Shown here: piece by piece, positions 34,516-44,879 of the stretch
Layout of the letters: each line of letters begins with the position of its first letter
How positions within the stretch are numbered: the stretch's first letter is position 1
Source: a virus
Lineage: Duplodnaviria; Caudoviricetes
IMG/VR virus record: IMGVR_UViG_3300038393_002510
Coordinates: 1 to 62,811 of that record
Reading direction: 5' to 3' (one strand)
DNA: 62,811 nucleotides
Position numbers and translations under genes: made by a program
The notes under the pieces: model-generated
What the model saw: only the letters and a program-made list of their open reading frames with translations
The model's database searches: none
Told to the model about the DNA's origin: nothing

Positions 34516-36920
34516 TACCGTGAGGTCTCCTTGCTGCGGGCAGCGTGGCGCTTCGCCAGCTCCTCGGTGAGGTGGATGAAGTCGTCGAGCTGGTCGCCCG
34601 CGAGCCCGGACGGGTTCACGTTGAGGTTCGCCAGCAGTTCGAGGTGGTCGGTGCGCAACCACCAGCGCTCGGAGCCGAAGGTCCGGGCTTCGAGAGGCAT
34701 CGCGAGTTCGCGGTATTCCTCATAGTAGCGCTGGATGAGCGCCTGCTCGTCCGCGTCCATGTGCTGCCCGCGGACGTGCCGCTGATGGAAGACGAGCCGG
34801 GCCAGCATCCAGAGTTCGTAGGCCTGGTCGCGGTCGGCGCTCTGCTTGTAGGGCTCGCGCACGGCCGCGTGAGCGATCCGCCGGCTGGTCCGCATCATCT
34901 TGGATGAGAAGCCGGTCCTGCGCCCGTCGTCGCTGCCGTCGAGCGCCCGGACAGCCATCCGGGCGTAGAAGGCCTCGTAGGGCTTCGGCCGCTTGGTGCG
35001 CGCCCGCAGCTTCTCCAGGATGATCTCCTCGATCCGCCGGACGCCCTGCGCCTCATACCACTCGAAGCGCTCGCGCTTCGTCGCCACCGCGACCCGGCCG
35101 ATGAGCTTGCGCGCCAGGTTCGCGCGCAGCGCCTCGTGCATCGTGTCGTGGATCACCAGCGCCGGCTGGCTGTCGTTCGTCGTGCCCCTGGCCGTGAACA
35201 CGGCGTCCGGTGTGAAGAACTTCTGGGAGCGGTTGAGCGTCCGGACGTCGTGGCACGGCCCGTCCGCCGGGATGAAGCGGCGCGGCGTGTGGCCGGAGAT
35301 CCCGAACAGCAGTGGGAACTCAGGGGTCTCGGGGCCGTAGAAGCGCGGCGCCTCCTTCTTCTCCCGCTTGACCTTGGGCGGCGCTGCGACCTCGTCGACC
35401 TTCACCTTGTAGTGCGCGGCCCGCGCCTTCAGCGCGTCGATCTCGGCCGGCGGCAGCCGGGCCGTGGAGATCGCGAAGCCGTCGTTCATGTTGTCGGAGA
35501 TGAGCTTCTGGGTCGGCGCCAGGGTGATGCGCGGCTCGAAAAGCCGATGGTGGTAGAAGGGGTAGGCGTCGGGCGACTTGATGCCCTTCAGCCGCGCGCT
35601 GCTGTGGTCTCGGGTGAGCAGCAGGCCGGCGAGCGGGCCGGCCACACGGACGATGCGCTTGCGCAGGCGGAAGTAGCGCTCGGCGATCAGGTCGTTGGTG
35701 AGCGCGTCGCCACCGCGAACGCTGTAGGAGTATGAGTTGCACTGCGGGAGCAGGTTCTTGAGCGAGCGCCGGCTGTCCGAGAAGCGCTGGACCGCCTTGA
35801 GGACGAAGTCGCGCCGGGAATACTGCCCCTCGCGCACCCAGAACCGGGCCCGGTCCATCGCGATGGCGTCGGGGCCGACGAAGTCCTGACCGCTGGTCCA
35901 GACCAGGTTGCGCTTGTCGCGGTGCAGGTGCAGCGTGTCGCGGGTGAGCTTGTCCATCAGCTCGCCCAGCGCGATGTCGCGCTTGCCAGGCATCGCCGCC
36001 TCAATCTCGCGGATCGCGTTGTCGAGGAGCTTGCCGATCACCTCGACCGTGATCTCGTCGTAGGACAGGCTCTCGCGGCTCGGCGTCACGCCGATGGTCG
36101 AGGGCTGCGCGTAGAAGACGATGGGCGCCGAGCCCCGGCCGACGAGTTCCTTGATGCGCTCCATCCTGAGGTGGAGGCTCGGGTTGCTGTCGATCGGGTA
36201 GATGACGTTGGCGTAGAGGAGCCTCAGCCGGTTGGAGCTCTGGTTGGCAATGCTCCCGAAGACGCCGTAGCCGACCTCCTTGAGCCCCGTGAAGTCCGGG
36301 GCCTCCAGCGTCGCGCCGTTGAGGCGCACGTTCATGCCGCCCTCGCGCACGATCTCCTTGATGCAGCGCTCGATCTTGGAGTGCATGCCGGGCGCGAGCG
36401 GGATCGAGACCTTCAAGCCCCGGGCGTCCGTCGGCACCTTCATCATGCGCTTGGCGGACGGGCAGTCGTCCTCTTCCGGGTCGCTCGCGACCATCGCGTA
36501 GAGCGACTTGGTGCCGGCGTGGTTGCTCTCGACCGTGAAGTGATCGGTGATCGAGAAGGGCGCCTTGCACCCTAAGCCGAAGCCGCCGGTGACGCGCTTG
36601 TCCTTGGCCTTCTGAGAGCCGAACAGCGTGCAGTAGATCTCCACGATCTTCTCGTGGGGAATGCCGTTGCCGGAGTCGGCGACGATCATCTCGTCTTCGG
36701 TCAGCGTGACATCGACCGGCTCGTCGGGGAGCCCGGCCTCGATGTTGGCGTCGACCGCGTTGCAGATGACCTCGCGGACGGTGGCGCGCTCTTTGTCCCG
36801 ATAGAGCGTATCGGACATGATCTTGAACGCAGCCGCGGACGCCGCGACTTGGAATTTTGCAGCTTTCTCGCCGCCGATGGCGACAAAGCTGTCGCTCTCG
36901 TTGATGTGGGTTACTTGCAT
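34515..36920 (-). CDS. rIIA: rIIA-like protein with GHKL/HATPase N-terminus
   Basis: LY....VRE.ICNAVDA, D.GNGI, GGFGLGCKAPFS, TPSRESLSY. Confidence 0.88.
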   Translation of the reverse strand: MQVTHINESDSFVAIGGEKAAKFQVAASAAAFKIMSDTLYRDKERATVREVICNAVDANIEAGLPDEPVDVTLTEDEMIVADSGNGIPHEKIVEIYCTLFGSQKAKDKRVTGGFGLGCKAPFSITDHFTVESNHAGTKSLYAMVASDPEEDDCPSAKRMMKVPTDARGLKVSIPLAPGMHSKIERCIKEIVREGGMNVRLNGATLEAPDFTGLKEVGYGVFGSIANQSSNRLRLLYANVIYPIDSNPSLHLRMERIKELVGRGSAPIVFYAQPSTIGVTPSRESLSYDEITVEVIGKLLDNAIREIEAAMPGKRDIALGELMDKLTRDTLHLHRDKRNLVWTSGQDFVGPDAIAMDRARFWVREGQYSRRDFVLKAVQRFSDSRRSLKNLLPQCNSYSYSVRGGDALTNDLIAERYFRLRKRIVRVAGPLAGLLLTRDHSSARLKGIKSPDAYPFYHHRLFEPRITLAPTQKLISDNMNDGFAISTARLPPAEIDALKARAAHYKVKVDEVAAPPKVKREKKEAPRFYGPETPEFPLLFGISGHTPRRFIPADGPCHDVRTLNRSQKFFTPDAVFTARGTTNDSQPALVIHDTMHEALRANLARKLIGRVAVATKRERFEWYEAQGVRRIEEIILEKLRARTKRPKPYEAFYARMAVRALDGSDDGRRTGFSSKMMRTSRRIAHAAVREPYKQSADRDQAYELWMLARLVFHQRHVRGQHMDADEQALIQRYYEEYRELAMPLEARTFGSERWWLRTDHLELLANLNVNPSGLAGDQLDDFIHLTEELAKRHAARSKETSR

Positions 36921-37003
36921 TCGTCCTGCTCTGTGTGCGTTTGCGTTCGCAATACTGTTTATAGTCTTGCGAACGCGGGTTGTCTCAGTCAGCGCTGACT
37001 TAT

Positions 37004-37606
37004 TTAATGGAGGCTCGAGGACGCCCGCTCCTGGGCGTTCTTCTCCAGCCAGTTGACGATGACCTCGCAAGCGCCCTCGACCCGGGTCTGAAGGTCCGTG
37101 GCCGTGATCCGCACCATCGTCGGGCCGCGGAGCATCTGGGCGGCGCCTTCCATCAGCCAGTGGGTGTGCCACTGGTAGGCGGCGTTGGCCGGCGCCTTGC
37201 CGTCGGCGACCTGGTAGCTCCCGAGCGGGACCGGGATGAAGATGATGGCGAAGGTCTGGTTGGCGAGCGTCAGCGCCTTCTCGCAGTAGAGCCGGATCCG
37301 CTCACCCTGCTCGGGCGTGGTCGCGTGCATGCCGACCTCGGCCATCATGTAGCCGACGAGGTCGATGGGCGTGCGGTCGACGAGGCTCTGCCGGGGCAGG
37401 GCGTCCATGATCTCGGCGTAGCGCTTCAGATAGAACTCCTGCGCCTCGATCCGCTGCTCGATCGGCAGGTTGCCGATGTTCTCGAAGCCGCCCTCGGCCA
37501 TGATCTCGGCGGTCTTCATCTCGTGGTAGTTGAAGCCGAGGTTCTCGGCGCAGAGGCGCGCGAGGGTGCTCTTCCCGGTCCTGGATGCTCCTGTGAAGCC
37601 GATCAC
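37004..37606 (-). CDS. P-loop nucleotide kinase (AAA_28/dTMP kinase-like)
   Basis: IGFTGASRTGKSTLA, VDRTPID. Confidence 0.8.
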   Translation of the reverse strand: MIGFTGASRTGKSTLARLCAENLGFNYHEMKTAEIMAEGGFENIGNLPIEQRIEAQEFYLKRYAEIMDALPRQSLVDRTPIDLVGYMMAEVGMHATTPEQGERIRLYCEKALTLANQTFAIIFIPVPLGSYQVADGKAPANAAYQWHTHWLMEGAAQMLRGPTMVRITATDLQTRVEGACEVIVNWLEKNAQERASSSLH

Positions 37607-37860
37607 GGTGTGTCCTCGATAAGCCGGTAGCGCGTGGCGAAGCGCGAGACCCGGATGAAGCGGTTGCTGGGGCGGAAGGTCTTGGAGGAGGCGGGGCGCG
37701 TCGAGACGCGGGCGATCTGCGTCTCGACGGTGCGGACCATCCCGAGCACGGTCTGGGTCTCGGGTCGGCTCTCGATCCGGTCGACCCGCACGTAGCGGGC
37801 CTCGCCGTTCGGGAGCCGCCCGTAGGCGCACCAGATCTGCCCGGGGCGGACCTCGGTCAC
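37603..37860 (-). CDS. hypothetical protein
   Basis: VRPGQIW start; coupled. Confidence 0.65.
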   Translation of the reverse strand: MTEVRPGQIWCAYGRLPNGEARYVRVDRIESRPETQTVLGMVRTVETQIARVSTRPASSKTFRPSNRFIRVSRFATRYRLIEDTP

Positions 37861-38510
37861 GCCGGCACCGGCTGGGGCTCGGCGTCGAGCCAGCGCACCG
37901 GCTGCGGCTCCTCGCTGATGCGCCGGTCGAAGGCGTCCTGGGCGAGCGCCCGGAGGCCGATCTTCGCGTTGAGGTCCATCGGACGGCCCGACGGGAGAAG
38001 GATCTCCTTGTCCAGCACCGACGGGATAAGGGACGGGCGGGCAGGGGAGGTGGCTGCGACGCCCGTGGAGCCGAAGCCACCCGTTCCGCGGCCGGTCTCG
38101 CCCAGATCGTCGACCTCCTCGAAGTCGGCCTGGAACACCGGCACGATCACGCCCTGCGCGATCCGGTCGCCGGCGTTGACCACGAACTGCTGGTGCGTGG
38201 TGTTGTGCAGGATCACGCCGACGCCACCGCGGTAGTCACCGTCGATCACGCCCGGGCCGTTGTGGACGGTGATGCCGGACTTGGCCGACAGACCGGAGCG
38301 CGGGCAGATGAGCAGCGTCATGTTCGAGGGCAGGGCCATAGCGATGCCGGTCGGGATCGTGGCGCGCTCGCCCGGTGCGATGAGCGTGAAGGGCGACTTG
38401 CCGAGGTCGGCGTAGAGATCCATGCCGGCCGCATCCGAGGTGCCGTAGGTGGGCAGGATCGCGGTCGCGGTGAGGCGCTTGATCCGAAGGGCGATGCGAT
38501 TGAAGTTCAC
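37857..38510 (-). CDS. dut: trimeric dUTPase with C-terminal extension
   Basis: AGMDL, PRSGL, GVIDGDYRG, RIAQ, RGTGGFGSTG. Confidence 0.95.
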   Translation of the reverse strand: MNFNRIALRIKRLTATAILPTYGTSDAAGMDLYADLGKSPFTLIAPGERATIPTGIAMALPSNMTLLICPRSGLSAKSGITVHNGPGVIDGDYRGGVGVILHNTTHQQFVVNAGDRIAQGVIVPVFQADFEEVDDLGETGRGTGGFGSTGVAATSPARPSLIPSVLDKEILLPSGRPMDLNAKIGLRALAQDAFDRRISEEPQPVRWLDAEPQPVPA

Positions 38511-38791
38511 GCGGGGAGCTCCGGGTTCTGGGCCAGCACCTCGGCGGCCTCGGTTTCAGCGACGTCGAGCAGGAAGGACCCGGCCTCCTCGAGGGCCTTC
38601 TCGCGGCTCTCGTAGGGGCCGTGGAGCGTCACGGTCTCTCCGAGACCGGGCTGCGGGTCCGGGAAGGTGAAGTAGAAGCCGGGCCAGATGCCCAGCGGGT
38701 CGTTGGCACCGATCTCGGCGATGCCGACCGTGACGCTCGCGAATGTCTCGCCGTCTTCGTCCTTGAAATCGACCGTTCCGGTCTCGCTCAT
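38507..38791 (-). CDS. acidic hypothetical protein
   Basis: GAGG RBS; HGPY motif. Confidence 0.65.
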   Translation of the reverse strand: MSETGTVDFKDEDGETFASVTVGIAEIGANDPLGIWPGFYFTFPDPQPGLGETVTLHGPYESREKALEEAGSFLLDVAETEAAEVLAQNPELPA

Positions 38792-38856
38792 TGTCGCCTC
38801 TGTGAGTAAGCGCTGACTTATCTAAGGGGCCGCTGGTTGTCCAGCGGCCGGGCGGA

Positions 38857-39774
38857 TCAGGCGGCCTCGGCCGGGGTGACGTTCGGATCGGGCTGCGGAC
38901 CCGTCTCCTGCGGGAACAGCGCCTTGCCGCTGTAGGGCTCGTCGAAGACCGCCTCGTTCTGGAGCAGCTTGCGGTGCTGGACCCAGCCGCGGAAGTTGCC
39001 GTGCAGGTGGGCGTTCTTCCAGGGCTGCTTCACCGAGGACGTGGCGATGTCCGGCGTGGCCTGGTGCTCGGCCGGGCTGGCGTGGACCGGCTGCGAGACC
39101 ACGAGGCGCTCGAAGCGGGCCTTCTCGGCGTCGTAGTCGGCGTTGCCGTCAAAGGGCTCGATGGTGAGCCGGGCGCAGCGGGCGGTGGAGAGCACGAGCT
39201 GCTCGGGGATCGGGAGCGTCGCCCGTTCCTCGTCCGAGACGAAGGGCATGTGCCACTGGCCGGGCTGGAGAGCGCGCGGGGTGGACTCGGCGAGCGCGAT
39301 CCGGATTTCCTTGGCGAGCGCCCGGATCTCGGGCTGGGCGCCGCTGTCGTCGCGCAGCGCCATGAAGTTCGTCCAGTCGGTCGAGGTCACGAGGACGTCG
39401 ATCTTGCCGAACCATTCGAGCGGCCGGTTGGCCCACTGCTTGTGCAGGCCGGCGAGGTGCAGCACCCGGACGCCGAGCTTGGTCAAGTTCGCCATGCCGA
39501 GCCAGGTGCCCCGGGCGAGCAGGTAGCGCCAGCCGGTGAGTTCGGCGCCGGCCGACATGCCCGACTTGTTCGCGCCGTAGAACAGTGGCTCCACGATCGG
39601 CTCAGCCAGGAGGCGCTTGGTCGGCACCGCGCGCGAGGATCGCCCGTTCCGGGAGAAGACGCGGTGCGTCATGAAGTCGGCGTGGACGAAGCGCGGGTTG
39701 GAGAACAGGACGCTGGTGAGGCGCTCGCCCTGCGGGCTGACGCTGTCCTCGATGATCTTGACTGTGGGGCGCAT
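38857..39774 (-). CDS. thyX: phage ThyX-like flavin-dependent thymidylate synthase
   Basis: THRVFSRN..SSRAVP, HKQ.ANR.LE, AQPEI, HASPAEHQA. Confidence 0.8.
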   Translation of the reverse strand: MRPTVKIIEDSVSPQGERLTSVLFSNPRFVHADFMTHRVFSRNGRSSRAVPTKRLLAEPIVEPLFYGANKSGMSAGAELTGWRYLLARGTWLGMANLTKLGVRVLHLAGLHKQWANRPLEWFGKIDVLVTSTDWTNFMALRDDSGAQPEIRALAKEIRIALAESTPRALQPGQWHMPFVSDEERATLPIPEQLVLSTARCARLTIEPFDGNADYDAEKARFERLVVSQPVHASPAEHQATPDIATSSVKQPWKNAHLHGNFRGWVQHRKLLQNEAVFDEPYSGKALFPQETGPQPDPNVTPAEAA

Positions 39775-40220
39775 GGGCTTCTCGAAAAAGGAGGGGTCGA
39801 GGGGCGAACCAGGACCCCTCCGGGTGTTTCTCTTATCAGTCAGTGCTGACTGACTTTCTCGTTATAGCGCGCGACGCTCGGGTTTTCGCGTGGGTTGCAC
39901 CGGTATCTCGTCGAACGGATAGGCGTGACCACGCCGAGGGGTGCTGAGGCGTTCAGAAGGCAGAGTTACCAATTTCGAATTAGGCTGAGCGCATAAACGG
40001 AGCATATTGGTATGTTAAGCGTCCCTCGATCGGGATAATATACAGAATTTGACTAAGACGCTTGATTTTTATCCTCACCTTCATGACCATGGAAGGGTGA
40101 GAGCTCGCAGCCGCGACTGAGTCGCCCGTAGCCGCAGCTACTCTTCAATGGGCTCAATCTTGGAGTAGCCCAACGAGAACGATCCTGGTCATCGCTTTCC
40201 AATTAGAAGAGGGACAGAAA

Positions 40221-40805
40221 ATGCGTGCCTATGCCTCTATTTCGCTTCTTGTAGTTATGTGGGCATTTCCAGCTCTGGCGGATTCACGACAATGCACTGT
40301 AGCCAAAGACAAAGGTAATGCTGCGGCATCAGAATATTATGACCCTCGCATAAAACAAGTTGATGATGCAATCCGGGATATAAAGGATAAGGGCGGCAAT
40401 CCAGATGATATCGCCATCAGGGTGGGCGACAAGTTTCTTACATTCCCCGAGATACGCGCCAAACTAGCCAAGGATAAACAGATTGCGCTCGCGGCAGTGA
40501 CTACGCAGATAGATGAGTGCGAAAAAGGGATGAAACCTTATCAAGATTTAGTGAACGAATATGCAAACTTAGCTACAGGTGGAGTATTAAAAATGCTGCC
40601 GGGGAAGATGGGGTTCATCGACGTCTCTGATATCCTTGCTGGTTATCCACTCGGTGGGCCTGATGCCTTCGTGCCAAAGGCCCGCGAGCAGATCCTAAAA
40701 GCTTTAGGAATGGGAGGGAAAAATAACACTGCTGGAAAAATTTTTAGAGATCCGATCAAAGAGGGTATCATTCGACCGATACAATGTATTTTCGGTTGTA
40801 AATAA
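40221..40805 (+). CDS. low-GC accessory (moron) secreted protein
   Basis: Signal peptide ending ALA; AT-rich codons; own AT-rich upstream region; opposite strand to its neighbours. Confidence 0.8.
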   Translation: MRAYASISLLVVMWAFPALADSRQCTVAKDKGNAAASEYYDPRIKQVDDAIRDIKDKGGNPDDIAIRVGDKFLTFPEIRAKLAKDKQIALAAVTTQIDECEKGMKPYQDLVNEYANLATGGVLKMLPGKMGFIDVSDILAGYPLGGPDAFVPKAREQILKALGMGGKNNTAGKIFRDPIKEGIIRPIQCIFGCK

Positions 40806-40809
40806 ATGA

Positions 40810-40840
40810 GAAAACCCCGCAAGCGGAGCTCGCGGGGCTC
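40810..40840. terminator. hairpin between the moron and RNR
   Basis: CCCCGC...GCGGGG stem. Confidence 0.5.
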
Positions 40841-41034
40841 TCGATGTCGGGTGTCTTCCCAGCACCATCAGGCGTTTAGGCGACCGATATCTTCACACCG
40901 CGCGTGGCGATGATCTCGGCGAGCCGGTCGATGTCGACCGGGATCCCCGATGCTGGCGTTGAACGTGGCCAGCTGGATGAAGGGGCGCACCCACCAGCGA
41001 AGGTGGATGCGGACCCGGACGTGCTGCGTCGCCA

Positions 41035-43548
41035 CTACGCAGCCTTCTCTTCATTGAAGTCCACGGGGCAGCCGCCGGTCCCGCAGTCTACGTGCTCGAA
41101 GCCGATCTCCTCCTTCACGTCGCCGTTGTCGTTCGCGATCGCCGCGGCGATCTGCTCGAACTCCAGCTTCGTGACGGGCTGCTCCGGCTGGTATTCGTAA
41201 GCGGTGGTGTCAGCCTGCGGCATCACCGAGCAGCAGCGGATCGAGAACTGGCCCTCGATCAGCGTCTCCAGGAAGTCATCGTAGCTGACAACCTTCGGGT
41301 CATACTTGAGAGTATAGGACACCTGGTTGCCGGACTCGGCCAGCGGGGTGACGCCGTCCTCCTCGACACCGCGGATCCAATACTTCTCTAAGAGACGCAA
41401 AAACTGATACTGCTCTTCGGGCGTCGCCTCGGCCGCCGTGACGACCCACTGCCCGTCACCCAGCTCGCAGATCGCGGGCTTGGTCGGGAAGCCGACGATG
41501 GTGGTCCCGGAGTAGCTCTTGAGCCGCTTCACCGGGTAGCCCTTCTCCTCGTAGACCTTCACCAGCGGGTCATCGTTGCGGAACTGCACCCAGCGCAGGA
41601 ACTCGCGCATGGACGGCAGATGCGCGCCCTCGGTGAGGCCGAACAGCTTCGAGGTGGTGCCGGCCGGCTTGAACGTCGTGTCCGTGTGGGGAACGGTCAG
41701 GCCCAGCATCTCCGAGAACCGGCGCGCTTCGTCGACCACGGCCCGCTTGAACCGGCTCACCGTCAGCCACATCGCCATCGACTTCGCCTCGTCGATGATG
41801 TCGTGCCAGGTGAAGCCGAAGCGGCTGTAGGCCCACTCGTGGAAGCCGGTCATGCCCACGCCGATGCGGTTGGTGCGCTTCACCTCACGGCTGTAGAGGC
41901 TGTCCATCGTGTTCGTGCGGATCAGCGCCCGGGTCGCGGTGCGGAAGGCGTCCTCGGCGTCGTCGTCGTTCTGGGCGTGGAACGGCACCACGTCGGCGAT
42001 GACACAGTAGGCCCCGAGCATGAGGAGGCAGATCTCCCCGCACGGGTTGGTAATCATCGGCCAGCCGAGTTCGGCGCAGGCGTGAACCAGGGCCTTCATC
42101 AGCGGCAGGGTCTCGGCGTCGAGCTTGAACTTGGCGCTCTCGGCGATCAGGCCGTCGAGGTAGCTGTCCAGGCCTTCCGGCTTGTGGGTCAGCTTGTCCT
42201 GGTTGATGAAGCCCGGCTCACCCGTGCCGTCGTGGTAGGCGGCGTGGGCAGCAGCCCGCAGAACCCGATACGCATGGGCCTCGTCGTCGGTGATCTCGCC
42301 GAGCTGCTCCAGGATCTCGAGCCGCATCTTGAGCTGCTCGCCGTCCTCGTGAGAGGCGCAGAGCGGGTGCAGCTTCTTCACCGCCTTGCGGAACTCCTTG
42401 TCGATGGTGACGGAGTTGTTCGAGGACCACAGGAAGCCGCCGCGCTTCACCGAGATGAAGTCCAGGACCGTGCGGTCCTTCCAGAACTTCGTCGCCATGC
42501 GGGCCGCGCGGCGCGCACCGCCCACGAGCACGCACTCGGCCGCATAGTGATCGGCGTAGAGGGCAGCGCGCCACGGGGCCATGCCGGCGTCACGGATCGC
42601 GGCGATCGACTTGATCGCGCCCATCAGCGGACCCGGACCCGAGGCCGGCCGACCCTGCATGCCGGCAATCGGCGCGCCGTTCGGGCGGACGTCCGTGAAG
42701 TCGAGGATCAGGACCTCCTCGCGACGGCCCTCGAACGCGAAGCGCTCGATGATCTCGACCGCCTTGGCCCAGCCCTCGCGGGAGTCCGGCACCTTGAACG
42801 TCGTGATCTTGCGGTCGGCGTAGAGGTGGCGCGCGTCGCGCTCCGTCAGGTAGCCCTGGATCTTGCCCGAGGCGACGTCCTGGTGGTTCCAGCCGATCAC
42901 CGGCACCACGATGGGCATCTGGTTGAGGTCGGCCTGGATCATGGCGTCCGAGTAGTCGCGGCCGACGCCGGAGCCGTTGAGCAGTAGATAGAACAATAGG
43001 AACGTGGTCGCGCTAGTCGAGCAGTTTGTAAAAACTTCCATATTACGCTGCGACTGCGTGGTGTCGCCGTGCTGAAGGTGCCGGCCCGACATCAGGATCG
43101 AGGCCTGACGCAGGTGGTGATGCATGGCCGAGAACTCGTCCACGAGCACCTTGTTGGTGCCGGCGTCGAACATCGCGTCCACGCCGCTCATGCCGGCCGG
43201 GTGCAGCCGCGGGTCGAGCGAGGCGTTGCCCATCGCGACCCGGTAGGCGACGTCGGCCCATTCCTCGGTCTGGATCGTGTAGGGCGGGATGAACCAGCCG
43301 GAGACGGTCTCGCCGTCGCCCTTGTCGACGAAGTAGTCGGCGACGCCGTAGCCCTGGCTCTTGGCGTAGGCCTTCACCTGGCTGTCGAGCGAGGAGCTGT
43401 CGTCGCGGGGGATCTTGAAGGTCACGACCGCGTCGGCCGTGTAGGGCTTCTGGATCTTGCGGTTGATCGTGCGATCAGCCACGGCCTGACCCATGCCGGG
43501 GAAGTAGGAGCGAGCCGGCGTCAGCGACTCGGGGAAAAGGCCTGCCAT
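41035..43548 (-). CDS. nrdJ: class II (B12-dependent) ribonucleotide reductase
   Basis: FTNC, GGARRAARM, TNPCGEI, KPAGTTS, C-terminal CGTGGCP. Confidence 0.9.
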   Translation of the reverse strand: MAGLFPESLTPARSYFPGMGQAVADRTINRKIQKPYTADAVVTFKIPRDDSSSLDSQVKAYAKSQGYGVADYFVDKGDGETVSGWFIPPYTIQTEEWADVAYRVAMGNASLDPRLHPAGMSGVDAMFDAGTNKVLVDEFSAMHHHLRQASILMSGRHLQHGDTTQSQRNMEVFTNCSTSATTFLLFYLLLNGSGVGRDYSDAMIQADLNQMPIVVPVIGWNHQDVASGKIQGYLTERDARHLYADRKITTFKVPDSREGWAKAVEIIERFAFEGRREEVLILDFTDVRPNGAPIAGMQGRPASGPGPLMGAIKSIAAIRDAGMAPWRAALYADHYAAECVLVGGARRAARMATKFWKDRTVLDFISVKRGGFLWSSNNSVTIDKEFRKAVKKLHPLCASHEDGEQLKMRLEILEQLGEITDDEAHAYRVLRAAAHAAYHDGTGEPGFINQDKLTHKPEGLDSYLDGLIAESAKFKLDAETLPLMKALVHACAELGWPMITNPCGEICLLMLGAYCVIADVVPFHAQNDDDAEDAFRTATRALIRTNTMDSLYSREVKRTNRIGVGMTGFHEWAYSRFGFTWHDIIDEAKSMAMWLTVSRFKRAVVDEARRFSEMLGLTVPHTDTTFKPAGTTSKLFGLTEGAHLPSMREFLRWVQFRNDDPLVKVYEEKGYPVKRLKSYSGTTIVGFPTKPAICELGDGQWVVTAAEATPEEQYQFLRLLEKYWIRGVEEDGVTPLAESGNQVSYTLKYDPKVVSYDDFLETLIEGQFSIRCCSVMPQADTTAYEYQPEQPVTKLEFEQIAAAIANDNGDVKEEIGFEHVDCGTGGCPVDFNEEKAA

Positions 43549-43627
43549 TTTCGTATCGTCTCGGTTGAGGGGTTGGAGATTGTAGGGAAGTCAGCGCTGA
43601 CTTATCAGACTGGACAAGCGGCCGCGC

Positions 43628-44188
43628 TTATGCAGCCCGGCGCATCAGCGACAGGGACCGGCGAAATTCGTCCGTGAGCACCCCGGCTTCGGCGACCGCG
43701 ATGGCGTCGGCGAGGTGCTCGTTCTTGGCGACGAGCGGCCCATCGGCCTTTCCGCGCGCCCGCAGCCAGCCCGGGTGCGGATACTTCGCAGTCGCCCACT
43801 CGATCATCTCGGCCTTCGTGGCCGTCTTGCCGAGTCCGGTCGCCGCCTTGGTCTCAAGCGGCATCACCTGCACGATGGGCGTGGGGCTGCCGCCGAGGAT
43901 CCCGACGATGATGCCGAACGCCCGGGCCGACTTCGCGTCCTGGGCACCGGACGGCACCTCCGAGAACACGACCTGCGCGCCCGCTGCCGCCTTGTGGAAG
44001 GCGTTGTAGAGCTTGGTCGCCCGCGACAGGTCGTCGGACGTGACCCGGGCGCGCTTCTCCTTGGTCTTCTCGGTCTCGGTGAGGATCAGCTCCTCGAGCT
44101 CCAACTCCAGGGTGTCGGTGTCGAGCAGCATGCGGGCCATGCCCCATGCGGTGAAACTCGGGTCGCAGGACAGGATCGGGATCTTCAT
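43628..44188 (-). CDS. RuvC-like Holliday junction resolvase
   Basis: ILSCDPSFTAWG, FSEVP, NEHLADAIA. Confidence 0.8.
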   Translation of the reverse strand: MKIPILSCDPSFTAWGMARMLLDTDTLELELEELILTETEKTKEKRARVTSDDLSRATKLYNAFHKAAAGAQVVFSEVPSGAQDAKSARAFGIIVGILGGSPTPIVQVMPLETKAATGLGKTATKAEMIEWATAKYPHPGWLRARGKADGPLVAKNEHLADAIAVAEAGVLTDEFRRSLSLMRRAA

Positions 44189-44240
44189 GGTCACACCCCG
44201 GGTGGGGCCTCCGTTGCTGAGGTGGAAAAGGGGCTGAGGC

Positions 44241-44879
44241 TCACCAGGAGCCCCAGAGTGGGTTCTCGGCCGCGGCGCGGGCATCCTCCAGCTCGCGCGC
44301 CTTGCGCCGAGCCGCGAGCTCCCGCGCTCTGATCTCGGCGACCACGCTTCCGAACTTCGCCTCGACCAGGTCCCGGCGCTCGCGCACCTTCGTCTCGTAT
44401 TCGACGATGGCGAGGGCGTTGCCGGTGGCCGTCTCCAGCCACTGCTTGCCCTCATCGAGCGGCGTCGGGTTGAACACCTGCCGGCCCTTGAGCGGCGCGG
44501 CGTTGCCGAACACCAGGTGCCGGTGCGCGGTGACGATGGAGTCGTCGAGGGTGACGTTGCCGCCTTGCGTGAAGCCCGGCATCACCAGCGCCGGCCGGGG
44601 CAGCGTCACCCGACCGACATCGTGGCTCGTCACGAAGTCGACCGAGATGATGCGCTCGTGCGTGACGGAGCGAGTGGACGCCGGCACGCTGCCGAAGCCG
44701 GGTTGGAACACCTCTTCGGTGGCCGTCTCGATCTTCGCCTCGAACCAGAGCCCATTCAGCTTGAACAGGCGCCGGGTTTGGGGTGGCTGGCCCCGCTTGC
44801 GCAGCGGGGAGCCGTAGTAGACGCACTCGCCCTCAAGGGCGACGAGGAGCTCGTCACAGAGCTTCACCAGGTGCCCCAT
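44241..44879 (-). CDS. hypothetical protein ending in NPLWGSW
   Basis: Normal codon usage. Confidence 0.7.
   Translation of the reverse strand: MGHLVKLCDELLVALEGECVYYGSPLRKRGQPPQTRRLFKLNGLWFEAKIETATEEVFQPGFGSVPASTRSVTHERIISVDFVTSHDVGRVTLPRPALVMPGFTQGGNVTLDDSIVTAHRHLVFGNAAPLKGRQVFNPTPLDEGKQWLETATGNALAIVEYETKVRERRDLVEAKFGSVVAEIRARELAARRKARELEDARAAAENPLWGSW

Noticed and set aside
32815-34725. Long plus-strand ORFs antisense to real genes (also 41620-42987, 46636-47949, 51535-52752, 57514-59490)
   Set aside because: Shadow ORFs typical of high-GC codon bias; the minus-strand frames carry recognisable motifs
40876-41035. Small ORF downstream of nrdJ
   Set aside because: The plausible reading needs a frameshift at the C run near 40945-40948, so it cannot be supported as an intact gene
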